Assembly: GCA_040954595.2 (NCBI GenBank)
Contig: CM082592.2
Span: 10,858,017-10,922,016 of the forward strand
Source of the DNA: Balanoglossus misakiensis
Lineage: Eukaryota; Animalia; Hemichordata
Direction: 5' to 3'
Length of the DNA stretch: 64,000 bases
The first letter of the stretch is position 1, and every line of letters begins with the position of its first letter. Below are positions 57,701 to 64,000 of the stretch, one piece after another. The position numbers and the translations under genes are program-made. A model generated the notes under the pieces. That model made no database searches. It was given only the letters and a program-made list of their open reading frames with translations, and was not told the origin of the DNA.

Positions 57701-60700
57701 GCCATTTATTAGTGATCTCTGATGTAGCGTACATGTACAATGCATTAGTTGGGGGATGTAATATATGTACTTGAATGTTCATTATCTGACAACTTCATTC
57801 TCAGATGGTCTGGTTGCTTGGTGAGCCAGACATGTGTTGTTGCTAAGTGAGGTGATTATATCAATAAGCCTACATGTACATGTGTTTACAATAGATAACA
57901 TTAAATACACAGTAGAACTGATTTCTTCATAACCTGAAGTCATTGTGCAACGCTGTACCGCATCAGAGTTGGTATCTTGGAAGAGTTCACTGCAAGTCAA
58001 GTCTTAGAGAGATGGACATCATCACTTCGGAAAACTCATAGCAAGGAAATGAGCAATGCAGTGTTGAATGACCTGAAACAGACCTTCAGGGTTAAATGCA
58101 GAAACAGTATTCTTGTTTTGAAAGATGTTTGGGTCCTACGACTTGTGGTGCTGACCGGAAATCAATTTTATCATGTTGTTTGCTGATGTAAGCAGTGTCT
58201 GTTGTACGTGGTTGCTGTGAACTCTCAAAGTAGATATGTCGGAACCTTTCTGATGGTTTTCAACATCCATATCCATTCTCAAAAACTCAATTAAGTTTAT
58301 GTTTATCATGTTAAAGGGAACTTTATAAACCAAGGCACACTATTGGTCGATGGGTATTGTGACATCATTGGTGATGTATATGTTTGTTCCTGTCTTTTAA
58401 CAGGATCATTAATCTTTAATACTGTCGATGAAACTGCTCCGATCGATGTTAAACTTATTCAAGGCTTTGATCATTTCAAAGCTTCTCCTCATTTTATTCA
58501 CAGAAAATTGTCATCTGGAGTTGTTGACCTCAGAGTACAACAAACCTTGTCTCCTATTGGCTATAAAGCTTTGTTATTGTTACACAAAGCCATGTCCCAT
58601 TGGCTATTACTAGTAAGTCCCATTGACTGTGTTTTGAAGATATCATATCCAAGAAAATGGTGCCAGCAAGTCTGATCGTTTTTTCCCCATAAACAATTTA
58701 TTTCTTGCAGTGTACCATACATTAACAATGTAATGAAAGACTCCACAGACATGCATCTCTGTTTTGAAACATACATACATGTACATATCCCAGTCCATAC
58801 AGATTGTAAATGCTAAATGTATCTCAGTCCATACTTGGAAGAAGTTTGACCATCTTAGCACATCCTCAGGATTTGCTAATTTTTTTAGCTGGGAAAGATG
58901 GTGACATGTACATGTATCTTAGGATGTTTTAGAACAGCACAGTGTGCAACAGAAGTGCCTTGTATCAACTAGCTGTAGTATATCACATACATGTACTGGG
59001 TAAACATGGTGCTATTGGTCGCTTGTCACCAACTGGCATATTCCAATGATGTATCATTATTCTTCCAAAGGTCTGTGTACACCTGCAGATAGGCACTGTA
59101 TCACCTGCATCATACTTGTCAGGTGTCGAGGATTGCTTTTGGCAGATCTCTTTGACCCAAGGGCGATTGAAGCTGACACGAAATGGTACAGTGTGATGGC
59201 TTTGTTGCTATGCAACTTCGTGTACAAAGACTGACGGATTCAGAGGATACAGGCAATGAACTCTGGGAGCACTTTATAGATCTGCATATTTTGGACTCTA
59301 TGTGCAGTTGCTGATAAAAACTCAAATTGTCTCAAACAATCAATTTACAGAACTATAATAGTATCAGCACATCACGTTGATAAATATATCGATGAGTCCA
59401 CAATAGAGTTGGCAAATCAATGTCCCAACTCTACATGACCACTGCCCACTGGGAAATTAATAAGTACATAGAGAGAATATATTGGTACAAAAGTAGATAT
59501 GCATGTTTGCTGAATATTATGCAGTGAAGGCAAGATGTGACTCCGTTACACATTTTCCAGGAATTGACAAAATTCCTGTACGCCCACATTTTCTGAAGCG
59601 GCACCAACACCCTCAGGACAATTAACTCATTGCTCTATCTGCCCCAACTTCCCTCAGACCCAAATCACCAGCTCATTCATTATGCCAGAGCCAAGTGCTG
59701 AGTTCCATGTATTCCTGGAAGGACAGACACGTCGGAAAGAAGATTATCCGGTTCCTTCCGTGACTCATGGGTATCGGCTTCTGGCAGGAGTGATTTTGTC
59801 GGGAAGCCCTTTACAGGCCGCTGGTCTTTTCCTGTGGAACGGGAAACATTAATGATAATGCTCCTCATCCTAGGCTAACAAAAATTCCTGTGGAATTAGC
59901 CAAAACTTACTCTGTGTGGTATTCTCGTGGTGAACAGTAGCTTACAATTACCACATGGGTTTATCTACCTCACTTCACTCCATGTGTGTTCAATGCAGCA
60001 GACTGGACCCTTACTGAGGTCACCCTGTAGAATTTGAAATTTTGGCCCAAGTTGCATATCACACTATGTCTCCCATCTTGGTCAGCCTGAGTCGTAACTG
60101 CCTTGTTCATTCACAATACTTTATAAATGGTGGTTATTACAGTACTATCCATCCCTCCCATGACAATCTTTTCTGATAGTCTAATCTTGAAAGGTGTTTT
60201 TTCGCAATCATGTAAGATTGGCAATTCAGATGGTGTTGAATTAATACTCTGTAAAACTATATTTATACACTGTGATGACAAAACTATTTTCACATACTGT
60301 TAACTGTTCTAAGAAGGTCTAATATATTTTAAGCACACATACTTGAAATCAATCGTTCTAATTTAGTGATCTCCTCGTCTGAAGTGGCCTTCATCCATGA
60401 GGGTGGCCATTTAAAAAAGAGCGGTACCTATAAATAAATTGAAATTTCAAATTTTGTGATCTCGTGGGAAGATCTCCGGTTTCAGGTCAAAGATTTAAGA
60501 AATTCTCAACATTCCAAGTCGAGTGGGTTTACATTCCTTGGAGTAGTGAAAGGTTGGAATTGTATCCATCATCCATAAAAGTACAGAAAAGGGGATCTTT
60601 AAAATGTGATAAATTATTTTCTTTCTTTTGGGTGCATTCTTGATTTGTATGTGGAGGGAATACAAATTCTTTGTATGCAATGTTGCCATACTTTATTCAC

Positions 60701-63700
60701 TGCAGTGTCATGATGCAGCCGTTACCCCTGCTGACCTCTTACACAGGTTTGGTGTCAGTAAATGGTACATTCCTGAGCACAGCATAAATAACACGGCTGA
60801 TTAGACCAGTTAATTACTTTAATAGGATAGGATCACTGGTGCTTCAAATTGGTAGCTTGGCGACCATCATGAAAATATTCACAAAAGTATTCGAAAATTA
60901 ATACTTCTGCATGTATTTAAACCTTTGTGTAAATCAAAATATGATTTTGAGGAACAACTTTAAGTTTTGTACTTTGTAAAGTTGGGAGGAAGGTCATTTT
61001 AATTTTAATCTGATGGGCACTTTTATTGTTAATCAGGTCTGGAATAAACATTTGAGGTCAGTGTCTGGCAGAGGAAAGGTTATGAATTGAAATCATGGTG
61101 CAGTCACTGTCATGCCCTGTACCTGCGTGCATGAATGTAACCGTATTTAGAGTCAAATTTTCTGTTTATGATACTACTTGCATATAGCAGTGACAAGTAA
61201 AAAATGTATCAGTTATGGAATAACCATTCATCAATCATATTTTGCTAGGAATACCATATTGTAATCATCAGATGCAAACCCCATCTGGACCCAGAACTGT
61301 GCTTAGCCACATCAAAGAGATTCCCAATACTGTTGCTGAAATGTAAAAGTTTATTGCAAACCCCCAAATAACAGTTAACAGAGAAATCATACTACGCTCT
61401 GGGTTATTGACTTCTGAAATAGGAGTGATTACTTCTATTGCAATTTGAATGCTTGTTCAATTAACACACAATGCAGGAATTTCCCTAGAGGGTATAACAT
61501 CAAACCCACTGCTTAAATTGATGGAATACTTCAGGCTGGATTAGTGATCAATTCCATTAATAGTCAATTTCTGCCACTTGAGAGTACAATACACTGCTGA
61601 CAATGAATAAAACTGCTTTGTGTTTTGTAAATGTATCTGCTTTTGTGTATGCATGCAATCTTCCCTACAATAATTGCTTCTTGGAAACAATAAAATCAAT
61701 TTTTACCACCAAGACAGTCTCAGGATCTTGGATATGATGACTTTATAGATTTCTTGCTCCCTTTCAAGAGGCAACTTAAGGATTCTAGTATACTAGTGAA
61801 GTGTGCATTGCATACCAAGCTGTCATGTCACATCAAAATTACTGAGAAAAACATCAAAAGTCTCAACTGCTGTGAGATATTGTGTTCGTCTTGGAACTGG
61901 CCAGAGTCCAGCGCAACCATTATCAAGACAACAGTGTAAGGGTGTAGTCCCGGTCACAGAGACCACAATGTTTTGAAAGGAAAGGATGTTTATGTGTCTG
62001 GTCAATTAGGCAATCAGTTGTAGTCAATCTAAACTCAGATGGATGTCTGAATCCGAAAAATGATCTTTATTTTGGTGACTGATGTTTTTCTATCTCAGAG
62101 ATTTTCTCATATGTCAGTCATCAATTTGACCTCACTGACTGAGTTATCATTGTCCCGTAACCATTGGTAACATCCATGCTAGCATAGCTATTCCTTCCAC
62201 TCAGCTGTGTTCAACAGAGCAAAAGTAATCTATTGAAATCAAATTTCATATGTAACACTTTCTTTTTGAGATCTTTCTTGTTTTGAGAGAAACTTTTGAT
62301 GACATGCTGACAGTTTGATTCATGTGTTTGACCTTTGAGTAACCTACATTTCGATTTCTCCGTACCACGTTGGGGGAAATGTCAATCTGAACTTTCACCC
62401 TGTTGCTGAGCAACATCTGTAGCAGCCAAGCATGCCATATTTTCCCCCTGAGCTGCTCAGATACCAGTGTTATAGCAGAGAGTACTCTTGCATATTGTAT
62501 TTGCATAAAATGTATCTACACCTCATCTGCATCATTCTTATAATGTTAGCACTGTGCTAGTCCAAGGCTAGTGTGTTTACAAGAACTCTTTGGTCTGCCT
62601 TGCAGCATTAGAACAACAGAAAACTTGAAAACAATCCCTCTCTACATGAAACTCTTGATACTCTCAAAATTAGCAACAAAACATGATCCTAGTGGGCAAG
62701 AATTCATCGATAATAACAGAGCTCAAAGCGGTACCACAGTAGTGGAATATAGACAGGATTTGTTAAACTGCAAACACAAAGTTTGTTAGGATTGAAGAGA
62801 TCCCATTACAAAGCATGCTGTGGAATTTTGCACAGTCAAGCTGTTTTAATTGTTACCAGTAAATACTTGACTGGGACTGTTCATGGCTGTTAGCACGGTT
62901 CATTTCAGAATACAGGAAACACATTGCAGCGTCAATGCAGGCATTTCCTTTTGGGCTGTGGGATGAATGTTGGAGAATTCTCTGAAATATATTCTGAACC
63001 AAGGTCACACGTTCTCATAGTAATGTGACAGTGAAGTAAAACGACCATATGTTGTGACGTGTCTGTTGTAGGTTTTAAACTAAAAATACATGCATGTAAA
63101 CATCTATAATATAAATAGCCATTTTCACAGTTGTCATATGCATAATTGTGTTCAATAAAAGTGATAGTCAAAATTACTGCACCAGTGTCACATGTGGGGA
63201 AACTCATCAATGCGGTCATATTTCTGTATGTTAAATGTATCTTTTGCTGAGACTTTGAAAAGGGGTTTATTTACTTTTTTCAGATGACACTGCCAAATAT
63301 ATCATCTCTGTATGGTCATGAGTGCAGATGTTGCCCCATGAAAGTGTTGAATAATACGCATGTTATCCATTTTGTTGTTACATAGGGCGTCCGTGTACAC
63401 TATGTAAATACTGGGGAGAAATGTAATGTCCTGGTTAATGTGCAGCAGATTTTGTGTCTCGTTAATATTTCATTTCATGTAATTTTCATTGTGTGATTGA
63501 TTTGCCAGTTTCTGATGGTCACTTTGAATGTCAGAAACTGGAATTCTATGCATCAAATTGAAATTTTGTGCAAAAACTTTAGAGAATGCACAATAACTCT
63601 TTTAACAGTATGTGTTATGGCTTGATATTGGCCTCATGTTTATTCACTCACAAGAGTGTATCTATTAAAATACATGTCTGCATTTAAATGGATGCTGTAG

Positions 63701-64000
63701 ACTGTGTGTGTAGGAATGTATGCCAGTTCACTCATGGTGGCACTCTGTGACTTTTCCCATGATGCTCTGTGACCTGTCTTATGCCTGGCTTCAAATTGCC
63801 GAGGTACTTTAACCATAAAACAATCAATCTAACATCAGTGTAATTACACTACCACCTGTTTTTCTATAAATATTGGCCTGTACAGCCTGGGGGCTTGGAG
63901 TTCAGATTCTGTCTGATTTATTCAGTCAATGTACTTGCAATGTACACTTAACTTCTTAAGCTTTTCTGTTTTGATCTGTGATTAAATATAATTTTTGACA

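Noticed and set aside
52000-64000. Numerous 60-140-aa ORFs
   Set aside because: No recognisable domains, transposase or RT motifs, or consistent splice-bounded exons; compatible with random ORFs in non-coding DNA.

Overview
Eukaryotic, AT-rich, intron-rich genomic DNA from an animal; a marine invertebrate deuterostome such as an echinoderm is my inference from gene content and is not proven. Four genes could be assembled by hand from GT-AG exons with consistent phases. (1) The 3' part of a very large type-I membrane protein (+, 1-11348): C8-TIL-VWD modules of the FCGBP/zonadhesin/alpha-tectorin type, then one 5067-nt exon with ten fibronectin-III-like domains and Thr/Pro mucin-like linkers (510-bp tandem units), a transmembrane helix and a cytoplasmic tail. 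(2) An intron-containing GH9 endoglucanase (-, 16674-13064) with an unusual acidic, Pro-rich N-terminal extension. (3) Rabphilin (+, 26171-41614), with two tandemly duplicated, apparently mutually exclusive first coding exons. (4) A C19orf53/Leydig-cell-tumour-10-kDa homologue (+, 45557-46238). Between the GH9 and rabphilin promoters lies a ~2.2-kb array of 500-550-bp units, each carrying a variable number of near-perfect palindromes. One intron of gene 1 holds a decayed TIL exon. A CpG-rich region at ~49.5-51.7 kb contains a candidate first exon of a further, unidentified gene, and 52-64 kb looks intronic or intergenic. Most short ORFs in the supplied track are spurious.
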